Assembly: GCF_006345805.1 (NCBI RefSeq)
Contig: NC_043011.1
Span: forward strand, 31,012,464-31,076,463
DNA length: 64,000 bases
Reading direction: 5' to 3'
From: Octopus sinensis
Lineage: Eukaryota
Part shown: positions 1 through 11,930 of the stretch, piece after piece
Numbering within the stretch: the first letter of the stretch is position 1
How the letters are laid out: each line of letters starts with the position of its first letter
The notes under the pieces: generated by a model
The model's database searches: none
What the model was told of the DNA's origin: nothing
What the model saw: only the letters and a program-made list of their open reading frames with translations
Program-made: the position numbers and the translations under genes

Positions 1-683
1 TCAACCAGAAAAATGGTCACTTAAATAACAAGCTACATAATGCAAAATTTTTACTTTTCAAAAATTCCAATTCTAAAGGGTCGAAACAAACCCGAGCAAC
101 GCCGGGCGATACTGCTGGTTATACAGGAATCCCTTGCTTTATGGAAGTAATGCGTTCCTAAATATCTGGCCATAACGCGAAATTCCATAATGCGAAATTA
201 ATTTTGATATCAAGTGAGATTGTGTTCCCACGGACTTTTTCAGAAATACAGAAGCACAAGAAAACAACAGAGAACAAGCAACACGATCGCCTTTATACAT
301 GAAAATATCAATTTCTAAACACACGTTATACAAAAACAAAAACATTTCAAGAGAAATGTTAGAGAATTAATAAGAGTCGTAATATCGTAAGGGTACGTTC
401 TTACCATAAAAGATGTTGTCTATTGTGTGAGGGATGGTGGTGAAATGAGCCTTACTAGAAGGATTAGGGACAATGTTTATTATCGTATAATTCATTATCA
501 CGGACATCAGCTGGAAGAGTGAAGAACCTTAACCAAAGTTGTTGTTTATGACGCATCATCTCTTTGTACAGCTTAGTGTAGGAACTGAGTCGATTGTAAC
601 TTCCTCCAGTAATTTTTGTTTCGTTCATGATTAGGATCGTTATCAGCAAAAGCTCGTAGACTTTCCTCTCTAAGTGCCAACTC

Positions 684-1344
684 GGATCTTTTCGGTTTGA
701 ACGGCAGATTTTTAAAATAATTTCTATGTAACTAAACACTTTTAAACTTCGTATACTGGCAGAATGTGTTTATAAAACATCTTTTTCTCTTGGCTTTCTT
801 GAGAAAATTCTGTAGTCTGTAAGATATTTGTAAGATATTTTCTTCAATTTTGGCAATTTCAACCAATCAATGACGTCTATTGAGGTGAAACAGTTACATA
901 GAAATTATTTTTAAAAACTGCCATTCAAACCCATAAAATTATCAACCATCTTACAAACAATAACTCTGAGCACCTTTTCGAACTCCACCCGTCTAACACC
1001 CGTGGACATATTTACAAAGTCAGAAAACAGCACAGCTCCCATGACTTCAGGAAACATTTTTTCACGCTAAGAGTTGCTGAAGCATGGAACAAACTGCTGG
1101 CATCAGTTGTTAGTTGTCGGAGCACTGCATCCTTCAAAACTTTCATGCTTTCTGAGATTCGCCAACACTACACCTGATTTTCTCCCCTCCATACACACAC
1201 AAGCATGTATCTGACTCATACATTGTTCGCTTTCCAGACATTTGTACATTACTGCATATACTTTATACGCACTTTCTGACAAGTTGTGGTGCACCTGAGT
1301 ACTGTATACAATAATTTCATTATTATTATAAACCGAAAAGATCC
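684..1344. mobile_element. MITE with GGATCTTTTCGGTTTGAA TIRs and 8-bp TSD (Merlin-like)
   Basis: Perfect TSD gccaactc at 676-683 and 1345-1352. The right TIR is split by a CR1 fragment. Confidence 0.8.
932..1329 (+). mobile_element. 5'-truncated CR1-type LINE 3' end
   Basis: Frame 932-1177 reads SNTRGHIYKVRK...RKHFFTLRVAEAWNKL...ASFK. (ATT)n tail; aaacc duplicated on both sides. Confidence 0.8.
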
Positions 1345-2642
1345 GCCAACTCGTTAGCAGTAATTAAGTAGTGTAAGTGGAACTTCCATTGTCTCATCTG
1401 TATTCTCAGCTTGTTCTAACAGCATCAACTCCTCATTGGATAAACTTTCTCTCTGGCACACTAGCAACTCAGTCACATAGTCTCTATAACTCCTACAAAT
1501 CCTACATCCTTTACAAATGTCACAGTATCTTATCGAATTTGATGTAGATGTTCTGCTTGAGGAAAACTTGTAATATAGTCTGGCCATATGCTTCTCTAAC
1601 CACCATTCAGAGTTGAAGATTTCACTTCATCCCATGACTCAGCTATATTATCCACAGTATCCATTATGTTGAATTTCTTTCAGAAATCTCTAACTGTAGG
1701 TTTATCCTTCCTGTCAATTGCTTTCGTAAGTTGTTTGAAAGTTCTTATATAATATGCCTTGAAGTTAGCTATCACGCCTTGAACCAATGGCTGGAGCAAA
1801 GAAGTATTTTTGAGGATATATTCTACTCACATTATCAGAAAGGTCATCTCTGTTGTCACATATTGTTCCCACTATAGACGTTGCAAGGTTTAATGTTTTG
1901 GCAATCTAATTTTCTTTCCCACATCAAATCTTTTAAATACATCAAGTTTAAAATGTAGAGTTCCTTTTCACGTTACTGCCTTCAATTCTACTTGACAGCT
2001 TCTTTCCAAGAATCTTAAATGGAAGGTAAATCCAACAGCAGTGGGGATTGGTTATCCACAACAAATATGTAGTAAAAATTAAATTAGCCCACAACAGATA
2101 AGTTTTGTGAGAACAGAAAATTGTCTTATTTCTATGAGCATAATGAAAATGAGATGAAATGGTGGACTGAGGAAGAGAAAGTACTATATTATTACGTATA
2201 TCCTTCCTGTCGGCAAGGTAATATTTCCCCATGGCCAGACATGTTTTTGCAGCACATTGAAAATGAATGACTTAGCTTGTTTGACTTTACAATCATTATG
2301 CAATGTCAAGGAGGAGACGAAAATACATACACACATATGCAATATATCATCATCATCATCGTTTAACATCCGTTTTCCAGGCTAGCATGGGTTGGACGAT
2401 TCGACCGGGATCTGGAAAGCCAGGAGGCTGCACCAGGCTCCAGTCTGATCTGGCAGTGATTCTACAGCTGGATGCCCTTCCTAATGCCAACCACTCTGTG
2501 AGTGTAGTGGGTGCTTTTTACGTGACAGCGGCACAGGGACCAGAGGAGGCTGGCAAACGGCCGCGATCGGTTGGTACATTTTACGTGTCACTGACACGTG
2601 CACCAGTCAGGCGGCGCTGGCATCAGCCTCGTTCGGATAGTG

Positions 2643-2694
<52 letters not shown>

Positions 2695-3014
2695 TTGTCA
2701 CTGTTTAACATCCACTTTTTCATAGTGGTATGAGTTGGACAGTCTGACAGGAGCTGGCAAACCAGAAGACTGTGCCAAGCTCTACTGTTCGCTTTGGCAT
2801 TGTTTCTATAGCTAGATACCATTCCTAATGCCAACCACTTTACAGAGTTCACTGGGTACTTTTTACATGGAACCATATGTATGTATGCATGTATGTATGT
2901 ACGTATGCATATACATACATGTGTGTGTGTATATGAATAACTTAGAAAGGTTTTGGCCAGTATTGGCCCATGCCATGTCTAACTTAATAGCACCACTGGG
3001 CAAAGTCTTCCAAT

Positions 3015-3480
3015 TCAGTACTTGGGCACCAAGGCCCATTCAAGAAGAGAGTTATTGTTTGCAGAGACATATCCGGGTGTGGGTGATTTGTCCGGGACTG
3101 CTTGGAGGAATTTGTCCGAAGACTTCTTAAATTTTGTGTGGTCAGTTTCTGTTTTGACATATCCTGGTGTAATGTTGAAGAGAGAGGGGCCAATTGAGGT
3201 GAAATAATTGTACCGTATTGTTGTTATGAGATGCGATTTAAATTTTTGTTGTGGATGGATGGCACAGGGTCCAAGTCTTGGCTGTATTTTGAAGGTGATG
3301 CCAACATCATTTGGACAGTGCTGATGGAATATTTTCCACATCATAGAAATAATGTAGCGTTCACAGCATCGTTGGAGTTAATAGAGTTTCAGCTTTTCTA
3401 GTCGACCCCAGTAGTCGAGGTCTGAGATACCATCTATCTTTTTCGTGATTGTATGTGATATAATGATGTTAAGATAGTCA
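3015..3480 (-). mobile_element. CR1/L2-group LINE ORF2 C-terminal fragment
   Basis: DYWGRLEKLKLY*LQRCCERYII...GPSLFN...FKKSSDKFLQAVPD motifs. Confidence 0.75.
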
Positions 3481-4004
3481 CCCTTTTATAAGAAGGGATG
3501 GATATGAAAAGAAATAGAAACCAGCAATACAATGTTTTTTTTAAATTTTATTTTCAGTTATGAAGTAATACATTTTATTATAAGGACATTTTATTATAAG
3601 GACAACTCTACCATAATATAAACTGCCAGTCAAGTACTGAGGTAAATGTAACTGACTAACCTTCCTCTTGAAATTGCACACCTTGTACCTAAATTAAAAA
3701 CAATTAATAGGACAACTGTATGCTAAAACATTCACATCACATTTCACAATGCACAGTTCACTCTCAGCATATTCTCAGCTCTGTATGTTGCTGAAATACC
3801 AGAAGCTTCTGATTCCTAAGTCACAGAACTGGCATCCAATAAAACAAAACATTGCTCCATTCAGAAAGTTTCAACAAGGTTGCTTCTTCAAGAAGTGCAC
3901 AAGGACAAAATCACATAAAGAGAAAAGTGTTTTAAACAAAAATCAGTAATAGCATCACTAAAGAGAGGAAGATAAAAAAAAAAACTAGTAATGGTATAGG
4001 ATTT

Positions 4005-4358
4005 ACATAGTGAAGTATTATAATTTTATTGTATTCTGAACACTTGATTAACTTGTGGTAGGTCTTGTAGAATGTTACTTGGCTCAAGTCCAGAACACAG
4101 CCAAAAGCTGACTCTGGGGAAACTCAATACTCAATACACAAAGTTGTTTTTAAAGAAATTTCACAAGTATATAAAATATATGAAAAAGATTCAGATGGAT
4201 TTTAGAACTTCAGCTTGGTTGATCAGCTCTACAGTCTGCCTTGTTAACTGTTGAGTTTGTAAGAGTAGCTGAAGATAAATAAACTTGGCATTCTTCAATA
4301 AAGACAGAACTGCAATTGGTTACATGGCGTTGTTGGCGTTAATATCAAGCTTCAGTAT
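4005..4358 (-). other. NCAPG: Probable terminal (3'-UTR) exon of NCAPG
   Basis: Acceptor tgtttatttcag before 4358. AATAAA on the minus strand at 4030-4025, followed by a U-rich tract. Repeat-free sequence. Confidence 0.5.
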
Positions 4359-5771
4359 CTGAAATAAACAAAACAACAAAACATAATTACAATTAAATCA
4401 TCATCCTCAACATCATCTTTTAACATCTGTTTTTCCATGATGGCATGGGTTAGAAGGTTTAACAGGATCTGACAAGCCATAGGGTTGCACCAAGCTTTGG
4501 TGTCTGCTTTGGCATGCTTTCTATGACTGAAACTACTACAAGAGGAACAGCGAAATCATTGACCTTACCAGTTTCAGAGCCAGTGAAGGCCATAAGCATA
4601 TATATATATATGTGTGTGTGTGTATATATTATGTATGTGTGTGCATGCCTGCATGCATGTGTGCAAGTTTGTGGGCTTGTGTGATTGTTAAGTATTTCCC
4701 CTCACTATTCACATGTTTGCTGCCTGTAAACGAAAGCTTCACTGTTCCTCAAACAGTGTCATTTGCTTGCAATCCACTGTGAAAGCATGTCTAGACATGC
4801 TTTCTTTAATATGTCATATGATCTTTGCAAACCAAGGTTCACGCATAATGTTGATTGTTTCTAGTTCTTATTTCTCTATTGCCTACAAGGGGCTAAACAC
4901 AGAGGGGACAAACAAGGACAGACAAAGGGATTAAGTCGATTACATTGACCCCAGTGCGTAACTGGTACTTAATTCATCGACCCCGAAAGGATGAAAGGCA
5001 AAGTCAACCTCAGCGGAAGTTGAACTCAGAACATAACAGCAGATGAAATACGGCTAAGCATTTCACCCAGCGTGCTAACGATTCTGTCAGCTCGCTGCCT
5101 TATTGTTTCTAGTTCTTTGCATAACTAATGTCCAGGCAATTCATTGTTTGATAGGTTGGGGAATTATTATCTTGTTCAGTGCAGGTGGGTGTCAGTAAGG
5201 GCATCTGGCCATAGAAAACTCTTCCACAATGTAATCTTATCTATTTCATCAAACATAGAAAAATTAGTCATTAAAAATAGGTGCATGTGTGACTGAGTGG
5301 TAAGAAGTTTGCTTCCCAACCACATGGTCTCCGGTTCAGTGTCACAGCAAAACAACTTGGGCAAGTATCTTCTACTACAACCCCGGGCCAACCAAAATCC
5401 TGTGAGTTGGTTTGGTAGATGGGAACTGAATGAAGCCCATCATATACATGTGTGCGTGTGCATGTGTGTGTGTGTATGTATAGGTGTGTGTGTATGTGTG
5501 CGTGTGCATGTGTGTATGTATAGGTGTGTGTGTGTGTGTGTGTTACTATCTGCTTGTCTTAGCTCCATGTGATAGTTGCAAACAAAATGTCACCGCCATG
5601 ACAGCAGTGTCTGTTTCCAATCTTCTGTGAAAACATGTCTGGCCTGGCCTTGAGGAAAAATTCATTTACATAGAAACAGGTGAGTGTTGGTGACAGGAAG
5701 GACATCCGGCTGTAGAAAATTTGCCTCAACAAATTCTTCCCAATCCATACAAGCATGGAAAATTTGTTTAA

Positions 5772-5994
5772 CCCTTTACCATTCAAACTGGCCATATTCA
5801 GCCTCAATATTCTATGTGTTTTATGTTCAGACCAGCCAGATGCAACCTCTCGCATTTAATCTACAATGTTCTTCTAAAAATAAGCAATCCCATCGTGAAA
5901 ATCTCAAAGGTACAAGGTAACGCATGATTAATTCAAAACAAAGAGAATAAATAAGCATTACATTTGACAGAATAAGTCTGAATGCTATAAAGGG
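5772..5994. mobile_element. piggyBac-like MITE
   Basis: TTAA|CCCTTT...AAAGGG|TTAA termini. Related pieces near 40826-41030 and 58670-58850. Confidence 0.65.
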
Positions 5995-6159
5995 TTAAAA
6001 AAAACAGACCAGATCTGACCTAAACAGTAGGAAAAAAAAATTTCAATTTAACAAAGTGTATCCTAAAAGAACCAGCAAGTCACAGCACTAGTCACCAGAT
6101 TTAATTGACTAGACATCAATTAACTTACCTTCATTTTATTTTGCAATCTCACACAATCT

Positions 6160-6507
6160 TCATGCTACACTGCTCCCATCAACTTCTGTGTCACACTCGG
6201 ATGTTGTATTATTGCTGTCAGATTTCGGTTCACACTCAGACACAACACTGCTCCCATCAATATTTGTTCCACACTCTAATGTGACGTTATTACCGTCAGT
6301 TTCTGTTCCACACTTGGGCGCCGCATTGCTGCTGTCGCCACTTTTTGTTCCACATTCAGATGTCACATCATTATTGTCACCATTCGGCGTTTCACACTCA
6401 GGCCCGATGCTGTTAACTCGACTTTTTTCTTCGCATGCAGACACAGCTTTATCTACTCGCTGTGAGAATTTCACCAAGGTTTTCAAACTCATATTGTCTT
6501 TGACAAC
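6160..6507 (-). CDS. NCAPG: NCAPG coding exon 16 (VVKDNMSLKTLVKF... repetitive acidic tail ...GSSVA*)
   Basis: Acceptor atcaacag, phase 0, TGA at 6162-6160. Consensus donor AAG|GTAAGT at 6129/6128 follows the stop. Confidence 0.85.
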   Translation of the reverse strand, partial: VVKDNMSLKTLVKFSQRVDKAVSACEEKSRVNSIGPECETPNGDNNDVTSECGTKSGDSSNAAPKCGTETDGNNVTLECGTNIDGSSVVSECEPKSDSNNTTSECDTEVDGSSVA

Positions 6508-7299
6508 CTGTTGATTAAAAAGAAATATGTAAAAAAGAAAAAAAAAAATTAACAAAAAAAAAATACTGTAGTAGACATGGCAGTGTGGTGACAAGTTTAA
6601 TCTTCCAATCAAATTCAATCAAATTCAATCCTGAGAGGCACCATGAGTAAGTGAGTGCCTTCAGCAATAACTCTATCATGCAAGCAGTGGCCTTTGTTTC
6701 TAACCTTCCATGTAAACATATCCGGTCATGGGAAATACTAGTTCACTTGGAAACAGGTGAGGGTCAGTGAAAGGAAGAGCAGCTGGCCATAAAAATCTGC
6801 CTCGATAATTTCCACCTGACCCATGCAAACATGGGAAAGTAGATGCTAAAAAGACTGTGTGCTATGAGCAAACTGTTGCAATCATTCAAATCAAGCCATC
6901 AGTTCCCTCTCTTCCCTGCCTTTATGTTTACTATTAAAAGGAGGCTGGGTATCAGCACCATCACCAGTCTGCAAGAATCTGCAAAAGCTGAAGCTCTCAC
7001 GAAAGAGTCATTAAGTTGGTGTATGATATAAAAGTGACATGTAAAGAAAATTAAATTATTTTAGAGTAGAAGAAAAAGAAGTCCCACTATCAATCTTACA
7101 TTGGCTTTTTCATGCTGGCATGGAAGCATAGGTACACACACACACACACATGCATATATACTCATCGCTTTAATGTTCACATGTCCACTTTTGCATGGGC
7201 CAGACAGAATAGATTGTCAACTTTAATAAATACATATACAGTGTGTGTGTGTGCATGCAGAGATACATGAAACACTGAAAATATACAGAATATAGATTC

Positions 7300-8527
7300 C
7301 ATCAACTGCCAGTGGGGTAAGCTAGAGGTAGTAGATAGTTTCCGTTATTTAGGTGACCAAGTTAGTAGTAAGGCAGCAAGCTGGCAGAAATGTTAGCATG
7401 CCAGGCGAAATGCTTAGCGGTATTTCGTCTGCTGTTACGTTCTGAGTTCAAATTCCGCTGAGGTCGACTTTACCTTTCACCCTTTTGGGGGTTGATAAAT
7501 TAAGTACCAGTTACACACTGGGGTCGATGTAATCAACTTAATCCCTTTGTCTGTCCTTGTTTGTTCCCTCTGTGTTTAGCCCTTTGTGGGCAATAAAGAA
7601 ATAAGTTAGTAGTGTAGGTAGGTGCTCTGAGAGCATAGCTGTGAGAATAAGATTTAGGCTGGACAAAGTTCATAGAGCTCCTACCTCTGCTGGCAACAAA
7701 GGGCCTCTGTCTCAGAGTGAAAGGCAGATTGTATGATGCCTGTTTGCAAACAGCCATGCTACATAGCAGTGAAACATGGGCTGTGATAGCCGAGGACATG
7801 CATAGGCTTGAAAGAAATGAAGCCAGTATACTTTGCTGGATGTGCAATGTCAGTGTGCATGTTTGACAGAGTGTAAGCTTCTTGAGAGAAAAGTTAAGCT
7901 TCAGAGATATCAGATATGGTGTGCAAGAGAGATGACTGTGCTGATATGGTCATGTGACGCATATGGACGAGGACAGCTGTGTAAAAAAGTGTTGATCTCT
8001 AAATGGGGAGGTAGAGGTAGACCCAGGAAAACATGGAACAAAGGTGGTGAAGAAGCATGTTCTTCAAACTTTGGGCCTCACAGAGACAATGACCAGTGAC
8101 CGAGACCTTTGGCGATATGCTGTGCTTGAGAAGATCCGTCAAGCCAAGTGAAATCGCAGTTGTTAGCGATGCTGGTGTCACATAAAAAGCACCTTTCAAG
8201 CATTGGGCCTTATGGAGGCAAAATGGCCGAGCTCCTTTCAAGAGTTGGGCCTCAAGGAGGCAATGACCAAGATCTTTGGCATTAAGTCATGCTTGAGAAG
8301 ATCAATCAAACAAAGTAAAATCGCATTCATGGCAGATACTGGTGTCATACAAATGGCACATAAAAGCATCCATTACACTCTCAGAGTGGTTGGCGTTAGG
8401 AAGGGCATCCAGCAGTAGAAACCATACCAAATCAGACTGGAGCCTGGCGCAGATTTCCAGCTTGCCAGCCCTGGTCAAATCATCCAACCCATGCTAGCAT
8501 GAACAATGGACACCAAGTGGTAATGAT

Positions 8528-8530
<3 letters not shown>
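7300..8530 (+). mobile_element. 5'-truncated RTE LINE with 3'-UTR tail, carrying a SINE at 7371-7606
   Basis: EVVDSFRYLGDQV, VKGRLYDAC, GRGRPRKTW motifs, homologous to 52260-52834. The SINE is flanked by agttagtagt. Confidence 0.8.
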
Positions 8531-8565
<35 letters not shown>

Positions 8566-9451
8566 GATAGTGATACAGATAAACACAATTAGGTTTGATA
8601 AATATAAATATACATACATACACACATTTATCTTACTTGGAGAATAAAAAATACAGAAAACTAAGGTAAGAATACATGGTTTCTTTTTTAACTCAACACC
8701 CGTTTCTGGGAGTTCAGAATTACATAATAGTTGTAATGTTCATAATTAGCAGATGGAATGTGCAAAAAGTCATGGATTTGCAACCAGTAGATGGACACAG
8801 AGACATTATTGTAATTGAAACTTCCTTCATCAGGAGGAAAATTAGCAGACAGCCAATCATACTCCATGTAAAATTGGAAGATAGCCAATTATATTTCATG
8901 TAAAAGTAAATTTATTTGACAATATATATATATTTATAAATATCTATATACTTGTACATATGTGTTCATCTTCTGAATATGTTTAGTTTTTGTATCTATC
9001 TATCATCATTTAACATCCATCTTCCATGCGTGCATGGGTAGGACGGTTGACAGGACCCAGCCAGGTAGAAGACTACTCCAAGCTACTGTGTGTTTTGGCA
9101 GCGTTTTTATGGCTGGATGCCCTTCCTAATACCAACCACTCTGCAGAGTGGACTCAGTGCTTTCAACAGGCAAGATTAGTCTTTGGCATGATATTTAAAG
9201 TTGGATGCCCTTCCAAATGCCAACCACTTTACAGTGCAGACTAGATACTTTTTATATGGCACCAACACTGGCAGGATCACCAAGCAACTCGCAAGACAAG
9301 GAATTGTGAGAGAAGTAGGGGTATTTGAGAAGGGGAACTCATGTCAGAGAGGCAAAAACAGGTGTCTTGCTATAGAGGAGGTACATAATTACCCAGAGAG
9401 AGAGAGAGAGATACAAGAAAGAGGACAGAAGCATATATCCCTATATATATC

Positions 9452-9494
<43 letters not shown>

Positions 9495-9924
9495 CCCTCT
9501 CTCTCTCTCAGAGAGGCACAAGCACCTACACACACTTCCGCTTACCAAATTCAATCACAAAGCTTCGTTCGGCATGGGGCTATAGCAGAAGACACTTGCC
9601 CAAAGTGCCACGCGGTGGGACTGAACCCGAAACCATGTAGCTAGGAAGCAAGCTCCCTAACCACACAACCATGCCCGCGCCTATATATATTATATATATA
9701 TATATATTTATGTGCATCAAACCTAATCATGTTTATTTGCATCCCTATCTCCATATCAGCTCACCTGGATTTCTCTTATAGCCACTCTTTGCCACATGAA
9801 CTTAATCCTCAATAAAAACTTCAAATTTCAGATCATTTGAGCACTACTACATGTTTTCTATATTGAGCATCTCTGGGTCTCTCTCCTAACTGTATGTATG
9901 TGTATGTATATATATATATATGTG

Positions 9925-10780
9925 TGTAGCACCGCCTGGCCCCTGTGCCGGTGGCACGTAAAAAGCACCATCCGTTCGTGGCCGTCTGCCAGACTCGTCT
10001 GCACCACCATCCGTTCGTGGCCGTTGCCAGCGCCGCCCCGACTGGCCTCGTGCCAGTGCATGTAAAAAGCACCATCCGTTCGTGGCCGTTGCCAGCCCTG
10101 CCTGGCCCCCGTGCCAGTGGCACGTAAAAAGCACCATCAGTCCATGGTCGTTTGCCAGCTCCGTCTGGCACCCATGCAGGTAGCACGTAAAAAGCACCCA
10201 CTACACTCACGGAGTGGTTGGCGTTAGGAGGGGCATCCAGCCGTAGAAACAGTGTCAGATCAGACTGGGCCTGATGCAGCCTTCTGGCTTCACAGACCCC
10301 AGTTGAACCGTCCAACCCATGCTAGCATGGAAAGCGGACGCTAAATGATGATGATGATGATGATGTGTGTGTGTGTGTGCCCCCTCGCCCCGACTGGCTC
10401 CTGTGCTGGTGGCACGTAAAAAGCACCTTCTGAATGTGGCTAATGCCAACGCTGCCTCGACTGACTCTCGTGCCGGTGGCACGTAAAAGCACCATCTGAA
10501 CATGGTCAATGCCAGTCCCCTCTGGCTCCTGTGCCGGTGGCACATAAAAGCACCATCCAAACATGATTGATGCCAGCTCCCTTTGGCCCCTGTGCTGGTG
10601 GCTTATAAAAGCACCCACTACATGCTCGGAGTGGTTAGTGTTAGGAAGGGCATCCAGCTGTAGAAAAACTGCCAGATAAGACTGGAACCTGGTGCAGCCT
10701 CCTGGCTTCCCAGACCCCAGTCAAACTGTCAACCCATGCCAGCATGGAAAACAGACGTTAAACAATGATGATGATGATGG
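9925..10780 (+). repeat. Two tandem RTE 3'-UTR tail copies with an internal ~60-bp minisatellite and (GAT)n ends
   Basis: Same sequence as 52965-53418. Other copies at ~2345-2640(-), 12895-13140(-), 15390-15670(+), 27340-27540(+), 35555-35740(+), 42320-42475(-), 45470-45890(+), 54152-54700(-). Confidence 0.8.
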
Positions 10781-11021
10781 TGTGTGTGTGTGTGTGTCCA
10801 TATTTTCATTTACACTAGCCTAAAAAGAAAAGATGTTTAACTCTTGTAACTTAGTATTTCAACAAACAGGCATCAATAAAATAAGTACACGACAAAAACA
10901 AATTAGGGTTGATGTAATAAACTGAAAACTTTTAAAGTAAGAAAAAAAAAATTGAAGAGGAAGGGAAACAGAGTAGCAGAAAAATAAATTCTGAACATTT
11001 AAAATTGAACAATATACTCAC

Positions 11022-11192
11022 AGAGAGTATTTTTGATATTAGTGTTTTAAGATCTTTCAACATTGTGATGCTATCTTCATTTAGATCCAGATAATTCAAT
11101 ACTCGGCTCAACGGGCGAACACTGAAGGAGTTTGGATTAGAAAGAATTTCGTTGCACACTTGGACAAGAATTCTGTCGTGGTTTAAATTTTC
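11022..11192 (-). CDS. NCAPG: NCAPG coding exon 15 (ENLNHDRILVQVCNEILSNP...KILS)
   Basis: Acceptor ttttgtag, donor TCT|GTGAGT, 171 nt, phase 0-0. Confidence 0.93.
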
Positions 11193-11810
11193 CTACAAAA
11201 CAGGAAACAAAAAAAATAGAAAGATAAAACAAATATATCATTTAACATCAGCCACATCATACTACTATTTCAACAAGCAAAAAAAAAAAAACACACATAC
11301 AGCACCACCATTTTAACGTCCACTTTTCCACACCTGTATGGGTCAGATGGTATTTGCTGAGACAGATTCTTTTTTTAGTCAGATGCACTTCCTGTTGCAA
11401 ACCCTCACTTCTATACAAGTAAAATAATAATTTCCCATGACTAGACATTTTCACAGAAGAATGGTAACAAAGAACACCACTTGTATGATAGCAACATTCC
11501 TTTACAACTATCATGTGAAGTCAAGGGCACACGCACACAATGGGCTTCTTCCAGTTTCTATCAACCAAATCCACTCACAAGACTTTGCTCAACCTGGGGT
11601 TATTTGTATACAAACTTTCACTGCTTGCTCTAATTTCTATAAAAAATATGCAGAGATAACTTTAAAAAGTAACTGAATTGCACTGCTTAATACAGGTGGG
11701 GCACAATAATGACTTATAGGCCTTTTATTATATACCTGGTACTATATTATGGTTGCATAACAAAATATGGTTCCCTACCAACAATTAATATATATCATCA
11801 AACTGAAAGT

Positions 11811-11930
11811 TGGAGAGGGATGCTCAGCTGGAGAGGGGTGCTCAGCTGGAGAGGGGTACTCAGCTGGAGAGGGGTGCTCAGCTGGAGAGGAGTGCTCAGC
11901 TGGAGAGGGATGCTCAGCTGGAGAGGGATG
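11811..11930. repeat. 18-bp minisatellite (GCTCAGCTGGAGAGGGGT), about 6.5 copies
   Basis: Directly visible; explains the WRGVLS and ERGAQL ORF artefacts. Confidence 0.9.

Larger units (their letters stand above)
124..2000 (-). mobile_element. Decayed Tigger/pogo DNA transposon, interrupted at 684-1352
   Basis: Minus-strand translation gives NTSLLQPLVQGVIANFKAYY...WDEVK (DDE_1 type) and C-terminal LYKEMMRHKQQ. TA plus CAGGAATCCCT terminus at 122-134. The boundary near 2000 is approximate. Confidence 0.75.

Noticed and set aside
6135-6162. A-to-I editing read-through of the NCAPG stop (UGA to UGG)
   Set aside because: Four in-frame stops would all need recoding, the first has a disfavoured 5' G neighbour, and no pairing partner is evident.
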